Assembly: GCA_028867145.1 (NCBI GenBank)
Contig: JAGWGX010000001.1
Span: 27,829-91,828, forward strand
Length of the DNA: 64,000 nt
Direction: 5' to 3'
Source: Candidatus Micrarchaeota archaeon
Lineage (GTDB): Archaea > Micrarchaeota > Micrarchaeia > Micrarchaeales > CABMGC01
Both the position numbers and the translations under genes were made by a program. The notes under the pieces are model-generated. The model was given only the letters and a program-made list of their open reading frames with translations, ran no database searches and had not been told where the DNA came from. Every line of letters starts with the position of its first letter. The first letter of the stretch is position 1. Of this stretch, positions 1-8,640 are shown piece by piece.

Positions 1-2
1 CA

Positions 3-1592
3 AACATACAAAACCCGCTTGCCACAGTCCAGCAGTGGCTACCGATACTTGCGATTGCGATTTTCCTCTCGATCTCCTTTGCTGCGATACTTTACATGCT
101 TGGGAAAATCCTAAACGACCCGCAGATAAGCGCAAGGGGGCTCTCCGAGCTCGGGCAGGGAATCGGCACTGCGATATTTGCAGTCCTCGCGGTAGGCGTC
201 CTGCTCTTCTTTGGCACATTCATCTCTGGGTCAACCCTCTTCACTGGCGGATTTTCAACAGATATATCAAACATCTGCGCGGGCTTCTCCTCCCCTCAGG
301 TGCAGCTTGCGCTTGTTCAGCAGAATCCGACCACGCTAATGTGCACGATAGTTAAAGGCACAAACGGGGGGGGCGTGGACGCGACACCGTATCTAAACTA
401 CGGGCTTGCCTCAAGCTACGTAATAATTGCAAACCTCACCAACCAGGCCGCAAACAACATAAACAGCCTGTATGTCTACGAGGGATTCGTGGGATTTTTG
501 AGCACGCTTGTTTCAGACCCGGGCTTTTGCGAGCCTGCCCCTTCATGCACCATTCCGGTGGTGCAAAGGCTCTTTTCGGTTGACGTCTCCTCAAAGCCGC
601 TCGCTGGCTACTCGCTTATTAGCTCAATGACAAGGCCAGTAGAGTCGCAGGCGGTCTTCATCTTCTACATGCTGCTCACGCAGATGGTGGTATTCATAAT
701 ACTCATAAATATCTGGCCATACCTTCTTGCTGCGGGAATTCTTCTAAGAGCCCTTCCCTTCACAAGGAGCGCAGGGGGGCTGCTGATGGGACTCACTCTT
801 GTCATAGTGATAATACTTCCGCTTGTCACAATGATCGAGTATGGGGCTCTTGCGCACGGGGTCACCACGAGTCAGCTTGCGGGCAACGCGGCGCAGATAC
901 AGGACCATATGCTCTTTGGCCTAAAGAGTACGGGCTCAACATTTAACATTGCATGGGGAGATGGGACAAGCGATACGAAGACGCTAAGCCATACTTACCA
1001 GACGGCGGGCACTTACTCAGTTGTAGCAACTGTGACTGACTCAAATGGAGGACAGACAACAGCTTCGCAGCAAATTGTCTTGCCCCCTGTGCAACAGTAC
1101 CAGCCGCCCGCAAGCCCAAAGCCAGCTCTTTACATGAGCAACCCTGCAATAAGCGGACTGAGCGTCTCAGTCTGCCCAACGGGAACGGCGGGAATCTGCA
1201 CCCCATATGACTCACTCCTTCCAAACTTTTATGTCTTCCCAAGCCTCCAGCAGATAATAAACTACAATGACTGCTGGCCCCAGGACGGAAACCTTGGGCT
1301 TGAAGAGGCTAGCGACTCGCTTATCATGGCGACGCAGCTGGGAGTTGGAACGGGCCTTGAGTTTGGGGGATTCGTGCAGCAAATTCCCGACCTAAAGGGT
1401 GCAGGGATAAAGTGCTCGCCTCCAGAGGCGATTGCAAGCACGCTGCAGCTAATGGACGTGTACGGAATGATGTCGGTCGTTGGATTCATAATTCCGCTCT
1501 TCAACATACTGATAATAATCTCTGCAATAAAGAACATGTCGTATCTCTTCGGAGGGGACACAGACATCGCCGGGCTTGGCAAGTTGGTTTAG
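3..1592 (+). CDS. Polytopic membrane protein, paralog 1 of 4 (5'-partial at window edge) with a PKD-like domain in a loop
   Basis: The reading frame is open from the window edge, with no in-frame stop before the ATG at 96. Upstream residues QQWLPILAIAIFLSISFAAIL form a TM helix that aligns with QQWLPVAFAVILLSFMIAAIV of the 3905..5062 paralog. PKD-like signature WGDGTSDTKTLSHTYQTAGTYSVVATVTDSNGG. Family motif GILLRALPFTRSAGG. Confidence 0.75.
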   Translation, partial: NIQNPLATVQQWLPILAIAIFLSISFAAILYMLGKILNDPQISARGLSELGQGIGTAIFAVLAVGVLLFFGTFISGSTLFTGGFSTDISNICAGFSSPQVQLALVQQNPTTLMCTIVKGTNGGGVDATPYLNYGLASSYVIIANLTNQAANNINSLYVYEGFVGFLSTLVSDPGFCEPAPSCTIPVVQRLFSVDVSSKPLAGYSLISSMTRPVESQAVFIFYMLLTQMVVFIILINIWPYLLAAGILLRALPFTRSAGGLLMGLTLVIVIILPLVTMIEYGALAHGVTTSQLAGNAAQIQDHMLFGLKSTGSTFNIAWGDGTSDTKTLSHTYQTAGTYSVVATVTDSNGGQTTASQQIVLPPVQQYQPPASPKPALYMSNPAISGLSVSVCPTGTAGICTPYDSLLPNFYVFPSLQQIINYNDCWPQDGNLGLEEASDSLIMATQLGVGTGLEFGGFVQQIPDLKGAGIKCSPPEAIASTLQLMDVYGMMSVVGFIIPLFNILIIISAIKNMSYLFGGDTDIAGLGKLV

Positions 1593-1593
1593 A

Positions 1594-2832
1594 ATGAAGG
1601 CAATGGTATTCGTGGTTGCGTTTGCGCTCCTTCTCCTAGCCGGAAGCTTGCATGCGCAGGTTGTGCTGCCGGCGCAGGGAATCTGCTCGGATCTTTTTGG
1701 GCAGGTTGGAGCAAACGGCCAGGTCACGCCCGGCAGCATACAAAGCGCGCTCCCAAAGCTCACAGACTTCACAGGATATAATTTTATGCTGCTCTTCTCG
1801 CTAGAGATAGTGCTTGCGGTTCTGATGGTGCTTGCTATAATGTACGCGATAGCCACCGCGTTTGGAATACAAAGGGTGATAACTTTTGTGAGGACGGAGT
1901 ACCTTGAGAGCGTGCTGAACATAGTGATAATCGTCCTGCTGTTCGGTGGAATCGGGGTGCTTGCGGGCGGAATCGGATTCATCTCGAACCTTGGCGCCTC
2001 CGTGGTGAGCTCCTCGGGAGTGCAGCAGGTTGGCAGTTACACTCTTTCTCTGGCAAGCTCTTCTAGCATAGGCACAATCACGCAGGTCTACAACTCGATT
2101 TGCAACACGTACTTCAACGATGCGGTCTTGCACTTTGCGGGGCTTGGGGCGCTGAGCAATGAAAATCTGATTTACAGCATAGCCTCCGGGCTTGAGATAC
2201 AGGCGATGCCAAACGGGATGGGGATAAAGTTCTCACCCTTCTTTGGAATAACCCCTTTTGTGCAGGTGCTCAGCTTTATGACGCCGCTAATCACCGGCGC
2301 GATTATCGTGGAGCTCGGAATAATCTTCCTCCTGGGCCTCATCTACTATCTCTTCCCGATCTTCCTCTACTTGGGGATCTTGCTTCGCTGCCTTCCGTGG
2401 ACAAGAGCCGCGGGAGGAACGCTCCTTGCGCTCTTCATAGGATTTTATGTCTTCTTCCCTGCGCTGCTATACCCGTTTGCCTCGATAGACTATAGGTGCC
2501 TTGCGGGGCAGTCAAGCAGCTGCACGCTCCAGCCCCAGCAGACGATCAACCTTCCTCCCGTTCCCTCAACTGCCCAGTGCCCATCGCTTGCCCAGAGCAT
2601 AGCATGCGCCTTCTCCGTCGCGCTAAATGTTCCCGCGCTGCGCACCTTCTTCTTTGAGGGTCAGTTCATAGCGCTTCTTGACTTTTGGATCTTCTCGATA
2701 ATAAACGCCTCGTTCCAGATCTTCGGGGTGGTGATCTCGTTTGTGGTCTCGTACAGCCTGCTTGAGGGCTTTGCGGACCTGCTTGGCGCCCCATCGCTTA
2801 CGGCAAAGAATCTCTTGAGGAATGTTATATGA
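1594..2832 (+). CDS. Polytopic membrane protein, paralog 2 of 4 (signal peptide MKAMVFVVAFALLLLAGSLHA)
   Basis: The ORF track starts at TTG 1576. ATG 1594 lies 1 nt after the upstream stop and gives a clean signal peptide. Multiple TM helices. Family motif GILLRCLPWTRAAGG. Confidence 0.7.
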   Translation: MKAMVFVVAFALLLLAGSLHAQVVLPAQGICSDLFGQVGANGQVTPGSIQSALPKLTDFTGYNFMLLFSLEIVLAVLMVLAIMYAIATAFGIQRVITFVRTEYLESVLNIVIIVLLFGGIGVLAGGIGFISNLGASVVSSSGVQQVGSYTLSLASSSSIGTITQVYNSICNTYFNDAVLHFAGLGALSNENLIYSIASGLEIQAMPNGMGIKFSPFFGITPFVQVLSFMTPLITGAIIVELGIIFLLGLIYYLFPIFLYLGILLRCLPWTRAAGGTLLALFIGFYVFFPALLYPFASIDYRCLAGQSSSCTLQPQQTINLPPVPSTAQCPSLAQSIACAFSVALNVPALRTFFFEGQFIALLDFWIFSIINASFQIFGVVISFVVSYSLLEGFADLLGAPSLTAKNLLRNVI

Positions 2833-3905
2833 ACTTTGAGCCGCTCTTATTTGTGAACAGCTGCCTGAGTAGCATAAACGGATTCCTAAGCGCCCCAATC
2901 ACAGGATGGTTCCCGGTCGCAGTGCTTGGTACCCTTGCGACTGCCTTCATAATAGCGCTATTCTACGTAATTGAGCCGTTTGTGAGCAAGCGATCAGACT
3001 CGAGGGCATGGACTCGGGCAAAGCTCTACGAGACATTCTTCGCCTTCCTGCTGGTTCTAATCTTCGGCGGAATAGCAAGCATGTTGTGCACGGTGAATCC
3101 GGTGCCCACATACTCTAGTGTCGGACTTGTGCCAAACGCATGCAATCCAAGTCTCGCGGGAGGAGACCAGAGCATAAACAACATCTTTGCTCTCGCGGAG
3201 TGTAACCTCTACAACTTCAACAAGAATATAGTAGACTTCCTAAACTACATGATTGCTCTCATAACCTTCCTTGTCTCAAGCGCGCCAGGTGTGGGGCTCG
3301 CAGAGAACTTCCTCCCAGGGGTTAGCAACTTTGGTTTCTCGCTGAGCTTCGCAATTGATGCATCGGCGATAAAGCTCTTCTTTGAAAGCGCGGCGATTGC
3401 GCTAGGCGGGCTCATACTCATCTCGCAGGTGCAGCTTGTGCTGCTTGACGCCTCAATGGTGCTCTTTGCAATACTCCTGCCGCTTGGTCTGATCGCAAGG
3501 ATATTCGGGGTCACAAGGACATTTGGCGGCGCAATGATAGCCTTTGCAATGGGGCTCGGGGTTGTATTCCCGCTGATGATTAGCATAACATATGGATTCC
3601 TTGGTAGCGCCATTGATAGCTTCAACCCGCTTAGCTCGGTGAGCGGGGCGCTTGTGGGAGGGATAGAGGCGCTAGGAAGCAATCCAGGCCAGATCCTGCA
3701 GGGGACCTCACTTGCGTTCTTCAGCCTTGGCAAGGATCCCTTCCAGGTTTTCTATACCATGTTTGAGTACATAGGGATAGGGCTTGTTGGCACGCTCATA
3801 CTTCCAATTATAACATTTACGATAGTAAATACATTCATACTTGACTTTTCGCAGGCGGTGGGAGAGAGGATGGACTTCTTCTCGCTGCTCACTAGGGTGG
3901 TTTGA
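2829..3905 (+). CDS. Polytopic membrane protein, paralog 3 of 4
   Basis: ATGA start/stop overlap with the upstream gene. About 7 hydrophobic segments. Family motif GLIARIFGVTRTFGG. Confidence 0.7.
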   Translation: MNFEPLLFVNSCLSSINGFLSAPITGWFPVAVLGTLATAFIIALFYVIEPFVSKRSDSRAWTRAKLYETFFAFLLVLIFGGIASMLCTVNPVPTYSSVGLVPNACNPSLAGGDQSINNIFALAECNLYNFNKNIVDFLNYMIALITFLVSSAPGVGLAENFLPGVSNFGFSLSFAIDASAIKLFFESAAIALGGLILISQVQLVLLDASMVLFAILLPLGLIARIFGVTRTFGGAMIAFAMGLGVVFPLMISITYGFLGSAIDSFNPLSSVSGALVGGIEALGSNPGQILQGTSLAFFSLGKDPFQVFYTMFEYIGIGLVGTLILPIITFTIVNTFILDFSQAVGERMDFFSLLTRVV

Positions 3906-5062
3906 TGAGAGACAAAATTTTTATTTTTGTGATTCTGCTTTTGTCCCTAATTATAGGCAGTCCTTCCGCGCAGGGCACAGTGCAGTCCGTTGGCGCTTGC
4001 GCTACAAACCAGTTTGGGGTTGCGGAGATTGCGCCATGGTACTGCACAAGCATAAATCAGGTAATATATGGGGAGTGGCAGCAGTGGCTTCCTGTCGCAT
4101 TTGCTGTGATACTCCTCTCGTTTATGATAGCCGCGATTGTCTTTGTATGCGGTGTGGCGCTTAGGAACCAAAAACTCAGGGAGTTTGGAGTTGGGGAGAT
4201 ATATGAGGCAACTGCCTCCGCAATTATCGCAGGCCTTTTCATGACCATAGCTGCGGTTATGCTTGGAATTGTTCCGGCCAGCTTCACAGGACCTTCGGAC
4301 CCTTATGTAACCTCGTTAAACTACATCTCAACTACAATCACGCAGACAAACGGCCTAATCACTCATCTCTTTGCTACATTTTCTGTTGCAGCCTACTTCA
4401 CAAGCTTTAGCCTAAACGTGGGAGGCACTGTTGCGGCAGGCACCGATACAAGCTCGGCCACAACAATCTCAAAAGACGCAATAGGAGCGGTAAAGCAGTT
4501 TTCCGGGTTTTTCAAGAAGACAAACTCGCTCTTTTCCCCCGCGATTGACGCGCTCTTCATGGCGCCCGCGCAGATTCTCTCTGTCCTTTTGATGGGAGGG
4601 CTGCTGACATTGCATATAGAGTACTATCTGCTCCTTTTCGGGATGTATGCCGCGATACCTGTTTTCTTGCTACCGGGAATTGTCCTAAGATCCTTTATTC
4701 CCACAAGGAGCCTTGGAGGGATGTTCATGGGAATTGCGATAGCCTTCTTCTTTTTGATGCCCCTGATGTTCTCGGTCGCATACTATTTCACCCAGCAGGG
4801 CGTGGGCGGATCGCTTACAACCGCAACCGAGCAGATAACGCAGTTTGGGCAGGGAGTAGGCGCAGAGCAAAATGCTCTCACCCCGAGCAGCCCGCTTGTC
4901 ACAACCCTTAACAATTTGCAGAGCTCAATGGGCGCATACTGGCTTGCGATACTCTTCTACCCTGCAATGATAATGGCGCTCACCTACTTTGCAATCATTA
5001 CCATTGCGGATTTCATAGGCGGATTTGCGAAGGGATCTGGAAAGTTCATGTCGACGCTCTAG
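3905..5062 (+). CDS. Polytopic membrane protein, paralog 4 of 4 (signal peptide MRDKIFIFVILLLSLIIGSPSAQG)
   Basis: TGATG overlap with the upstream stop (the track start TTG 3902 is 1 codon earlier). Family motif GIVLRSFIPTRSLGG. The N-terminal TM pair aligns with paralog 1. Confidence 0.7.
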   Translation: MRDKIFIFVILLLSLIIGSPSAQGTVQSVGACATNQFGVAEIAPWYCTSINQVIYGEWQQWLPVAFAVILLSFMIAAIVFVCGVALRNQKLREFGVGEIYEATASAIIAGLFMTIAAVMLGIVPASFTGPSDPYVTSLNYISTTITQTNGLITHLFATFSVAAYFTSFSLNVGGTVAAGTDTSSATTISKDAIGAVKQFSGFFKKTNSLFSPAIDALFMAPAQILSVLLMGGLLTLHIEYYLLLFGMYAAIPVFLLPGIVLRSFIPTRSLGGMFMGIAIAFFFLMPLMFSVAYYFTQQGVGGSLTTATEQITQFGQGVGAEQNALTPSSPLVTTLNNLQSSMGAYWLAILFYPAMIMALTYFAIITIADFIGGFAKGSGKFMSTL

Positions 5063-5089
5063 CCGGCCGATGCAGAGAGGAGCAAAAGG

Positions 5090-5099
5090 TTTATTTATA
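5090..5099 (+). promoter_or_regulatory. TATA-box-like element upstream of 5132 gene
   Basis: TTTATTTATA lies in the only sizeable gap (69 nt) inside the cluster, about 35 nt upstream of the predicted start. Confidence 0.25.
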
Positions 5100-5131
5100 G
5101 ATTTTTGGAGGATATGTATCGTAGGGATTGA

Positions 5132-5962
5132 TTGGTTAATCTAAGGAGCTTGCTTTTCATATCTTTTGTTGGAATCTCGCTAGTCCTAATGATAGTCACC
5201 GTGAACCTGCAGATCCCAGACTATGCGAAGATAATCTTCCTTGCGATAGCCCTCTTTGTCGACATCCTTGCCGCATCCACAAGGTACTACTCGTATCTTT
5301 TCATACCGCTCACAAAGATCAAGAACGGGACGATAGTGCTCGACACTGAGGAGCCATTTTACCTCTCCCCTTCAGGCAACGCGCTGATTGTGAGGGAGGG
5401 AAACGAGGTCTACGCGACCGCGTTCATCAAGATACCCGTCTACAAATCTGCGACAGAGATGAACGATGAGGAAAAGGTTGATTTTGCAAGGCTCTTTAGC
5501 AGAATAGTGAGCCTTAGCAGGACGCCCTTCAAGATAAGCACCCAGATGTACCTTATCAACAAGGACGATTACATCGCGAAGATTCGCGACAGGCTAAACC
5601 TAATTGAGGAGCAGTATCAAAAGGCACTCGTTGACAAGAGCACAACAACAGGCGCGATGGAGAGGCTCAAGGGGGAGGTGACGATGTGGCACAACCTGCT
5701 TGAGAGCATAGGAAGGATACAGTCACACGCACTGCTGAACTACGCCACTGTGACAGCACTTGGAACGACCGAGGAAGAGGCAACGGCGCTTGTAAACCAG
5801 CAGGCAGATGAGATTGCAGCGGGAATCGGCGCGATACTTGGGGTCACTGCGCCGCTAATGACCGGCGAGGAGATTCTGCTTGTGACGCAGCCTGATTTCA
5901 CCATACCTTTCTCAACAGTGAGCGAGAGCATCAGGCAGAAGACGGTTTCAGAGGGGTTGTGA
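5132..5962 (+). CDS. Bitopic membrane protein (2 N-terminal TM helices + about 200-aa soluble domain), paralog A
   Basis: TTG start in the track, so the start is uncertain. Hydrophobic N-terminus LLFISFVGISLVLMIVTV / IIFLAIALFVDILAAS. The soluble domain shares blocks (YAT, PFK, VY) with the next gene. Confidence 0.6.
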   Translation: MVNLRSLLFISFVGISLVLMIVTVNLQIPDYAKIIFLAIALFVDILAASTRYYSYLFIPLTKIKNGTIVLDTEEPFYLSPSGNALIVREGNEVYATAFIKIPVYKSATEMNDEEKVDFARLFSRIVSLSRTPFKISTQMYLINKDDYIAKIRDRLNLIEEQYQKALVDKSTTTGAMERLKGEVTMWHNLLESIGRIQSHALLNYATVTALGTTEEEATALVNQQADEIAAGIGAILGVTAPLMTGEEILLVTQPDFTIPFSTVSESIRQKTVSEGL

Positions 5963-5966
5963 AAAG

Positions 5967-6794
5967 ATGGATGAGGAGACAATAATTTACCTTGGATTCA
6001 CAGGCATGGTCGCACTCCTTGGAATCTTCTTTTCGGGAGGCTACGGGACGCTCTCTATAGTTGCAATTGCGCTTTGCGTCGCCACAATAGTTTTCATAAT
6101 CGTTATGAACTACGCAGATTTCATACTCTTCCCTGTTTTCACAATTATTTTGGGAATAAAGACGGAGGCCGCAAAGAACTACATGATCCCAAAGAACCAG
6201 AACTGCATAATAAAAAACGTGAACGGGCTCTACTACGCAACAGGCTATCTGACCGCCAACGTCTACAACTTTGTATTTGCGGCGGAGCGCGTTGAGGAGG
6301 GGGAGGATGCAAAGCTTGCCGCGGGGCCGGACAAGTGGGAGAGGATCGTGATGAACGTGAAATTCCCGTTCAAGTTCCATGTGATAAGCTACGCGAACGA
6401 GATCCAAAGCTACAGGGAGGAGCTTGAGGGCAAAAGAGGATTCCTCGAGTTCCAGCTCTCAAAGGAGATGCAGGCATCAAGCCCAAACCAGCTCACAATA
6501 GATGATTTCCAGAGAAGGATAAACATAATCCAGTCCAGAATCGAGCGTCTCTCATCTGGGGAGAGGCCGGTCGGCAGCGTGATGTACATCGAGAGCATTG
6601 CGGTGGGAGTTAGCGAGAAGGCGGCGATGGACGCGCTCACGACCCAAATCGACCAGCTCCAGACCGTCTTCAACTCAATGGACCTGAGCATAAATAGGGT
6701 GGTGGGAAGGGAGCTAAACATCCTCTTCAAGTTCGGGTTCAAGCTGCCTACCACCGCATCTGAGCTGGAGGGGCTATTCAATGTGCAGAAGTGA
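5967..6794 (+). CDS. Bitopic membrane protein (2 N-terminal TM helices + soluble domain), paralog B
   Basis: ATG lies 4 nt after the upstream stop. Same length (275 vs 276 aa) and architecture as the 5132 gene. Shared blocks include NCIIKNVNGLYYATGYLTANVY vs NALIVREGNEVYATAFIKIPVY. Confidence 0.65.
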   Translation: MDEETIIYLGFTGMVALLGIFFSGGYGTLSIVAIALCVATIVFIIVMNYADFILFPVFTIILGIKTEAAKNYMIPKNQNCIIKNVNGLYYATGYLTANVYNFVFAAERVEEGEDAKLAAGPDKWERIVMNVKFPFKFHVISYANEIQSYREELEGKRGFLEFQLSKEMQASSPNQLTIDDFQRRINIIQSRIERLSSGERPVGSVMYIESIAVGVSEKAAMDALTTQIDQLQTVFNSMDLSINRVVGRELNILFKFGFKLPTTASELEGLFNVQK

Positions 6795-6798
6795 AGTG

Positions 6799-6808
6799 TT
6801 TTTAATTA
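6799..6808 (+). promoter_or_regulatory. TATA-box-like element upstream of ATPase gene
   Basis: TTTTTAATTA is centred about 23 nt upstream of ATG 6827. The spacing fits a leaderless archaeal transcript. Confidence 0.3.
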
Positions 6809-6826
6809 GAACTGAGTGGTAAGTGT

Positions 6827-8335
6827 ATGACTTTGGTAAGGACGCAAAATCTGATGAGCAACGAGCTCGCCAAGAGAGTCTTCCTCAGCCGTCCCCCGGA
6901 GCCGCCTCACGAGTATTTGCTCAACGACCCAACAAACTCAATCTTCATAGGGATAACGAAGATCTTCGGGGCGCCGTTTAGCTGGACTTTTGCAAACCTC
7001 ACAAACCCGCACCTTGCGGTTGTCGGAATAACAGGAGCTGGTAAGTCCTTCTTCGTCAAGACCTTCCTTATCAGGGCAAGCTATGTCTGGAACACGAACG
7101 CGATAATAATTGACTGGGCTGGTGAGTACAGGGCCTGGGTGAAGCAGAGCGGGGGAACGGTCATCTCACTTGCAAAGGGAGACTACCTAAACATCATGGA
7201 CCTCTCCGGGATGAAGCCTCTGGACAGGGCAAAGCAAATCGTCAACTCGCTTGAGATACTAACTGACATCTCCCAGTACCCTGAGCAGAAAAGGCTGACA
7301 ACAGAGGCGCTTGAGCAGGCATATGTCAACCTGGGATTCAATCTTGCTTCGGTTCCAGATCCAAAGAAGGAGGCGCCAACGCTAAAGAACGTTATCTCGC
7401 TTCTTGAGGAGAAGCTTCAGGATGGGACATATGAGTATCCTGCGGAGCTTGAGAATGCGATCTATAGATTAAGGCAGTTTGCGCGTGAGGGAGAGGACTA
7501 CTTTGCAAGAAAGAGCACGCTTGACCTTGGAAAGCTTGTCTCATCGGGTCTAGTAGACCTTGACATCTCGGGACTTCCTGACGAGAGCTTCAGGGCGCTT
7601 GCGGCGCTCTTCATACTCCAGTCGCTAAAGGAGAAGATGCGAATGGAGGGATGGAGCTCATCAAAGGGGCTTCGCGCAATCGTTGTGCTAGACGAGGCAT
7701 GGAAGGTAGCAAGCGATGAGAGGAGCGATGCGGTTATGATTGTAAGAGAGGGAAGAAAGTACCAGTTTGGGCTGATTGTCGCATCCCAAAACCCGACCGA
7801 CATCAACGAGGCGATCTTCTCAAACGTCGGGACAACTGTGATACTTAGGATAAAGTTCGAGAAGTTCATGAACTACCTTCAGGGCTCGCTAAACTACTCC
7901 AACTTCATAAGAAAGGAGATCTCAAGGTTCGGAGTCGGTCAGGCTGCAATAGACATGTCCTTCCAGACCTCGGTACAGTTCCCGGAGATCTTCGTCATAG
8001 ACAAGGTCGTAGGGGAGATTCCGCTGGATGTTTACACACTATCAGTTGGCGACATAATGAACCAGGACGAGCTTGAGAATCCGGAGATGCAAAAGGAGTA
8101 CTACTTCGAGAAGATTGACCTGCGCAACAAGCTAATCGAGAGCAACATCGGAATTGAGGTGATAGAGAGCATCTTCAAGAGGCTAGATGACAAAAACAGG
8201 CAGCTCGACATCCGAGGCTTCATACAGGTGCTAAACGAGTTCAAGGTGGAGAAGCAGAACGTTATAATACTCCTAAGGAGCATAGGCCTTCAGGACATGG
8301 TGATAACAAGGGCGTTCACCTACATAGCGACGTGA
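6827..8335 (+). CDS. FtsK-HerA superfamily P-loop ATPase, VirB4/TrbE/CedB/HerA-like
   Basis: Walker A VVGITGAGKSFF. Walker B IVVLDEAWKV. Downstream REGRKYQFGLIVASQNPTDI block typical of VirB4/HerA-type ATPases. The 502-aa protein has no TM segments. Confidence 0.75.
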   Translation: MTLVRTQNLMSNELAKRVFLSRPPEPPHEYLLNDPTNSIFIGITKIFGAPFSWTFANLTNPHLAVVGITGAGKSFFVKTFLIRASYVWNTNAIIIDWAGEYRAWVKQSGGTVISLAKGDYLNIMDLSGMKPLDRAKQIVNSLEILTDISQYPEQKRLTTEALEQAYVNLGFNLASVPDPKKEAPTLKNVISLLEEKLQDGTYEYPAELENAIYRLRQFAREGEDYFARKSTLDLGKLVSSGLVDLDISGLPDESFRALAALFILQSLKEKMRMEGWSSSKGLRAIVVLDEAWKVASDERSDAVMIVREGRKYQFGLIVASQNPTDINEAIFSNVGTTVILRIKFEKFMNYLQGSLNYSNFIRKEISRFGVGQAAIDMSFQTSVQFPEIFVIDKVVGEIPLDVYTLSVGDIMNQDELENPEMQKEYYFEKIDLRNKLIESNIGIEVIESIFKRLDDKNRQLDIRGFIQVLNEFKVEKQNVIILLRSIGLQDMVITRAFTYIAT

Positions 8336-8339
8336 TAGT

Positions 8340-8636
8340 ATGGGAGCGACATTTGTGGTAAATAGGCTGGAGCTCAAGAGGATGCTAACAATGCTCAAGG
8401 TCAGCGACAAGACGATCGATGAGCTTGAGGCAAACCTCAACAGGCTCCACAGGCACGTGAACGCGGTCTCGTTCGCGGGAATGCTCCAGAAGGTGGGACT
8501 AAAGCAAAACGACATCACAAACGTCTTCAGGAGAATGGGGATAGACGACATAAACATAACAGAGATATTCAACGCTCTTGACGAGGAGAAGATAAACGAG
8601 ACCTTCGGCAAGATTGTGGTACTGACTGTGGAGTGA
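8340..8636 (+). CDS. Small helical protein homologous to the C-terminal tail of the adjacent ATPase
   Basis: Ungapped match FAGMLQKVGLKQNDITNVFRRMGIDDINITEIF vs ATPase FIQVLNEFKVEKQNVIILLRSIGLQDMVITRAF. Starts 4 nt after the ATPase stop. Confidence 0.6.
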   Translation: MGATFVVNRLELKRMLTMLKVSDKTIDELEANLNRLHRHVNAVSFAGMLQKVGLKQNDITNVFRRMGIDDINITEIFNALDEEKINETFGKIVVLTVE

Positions 8637-8640
8637 TTTT

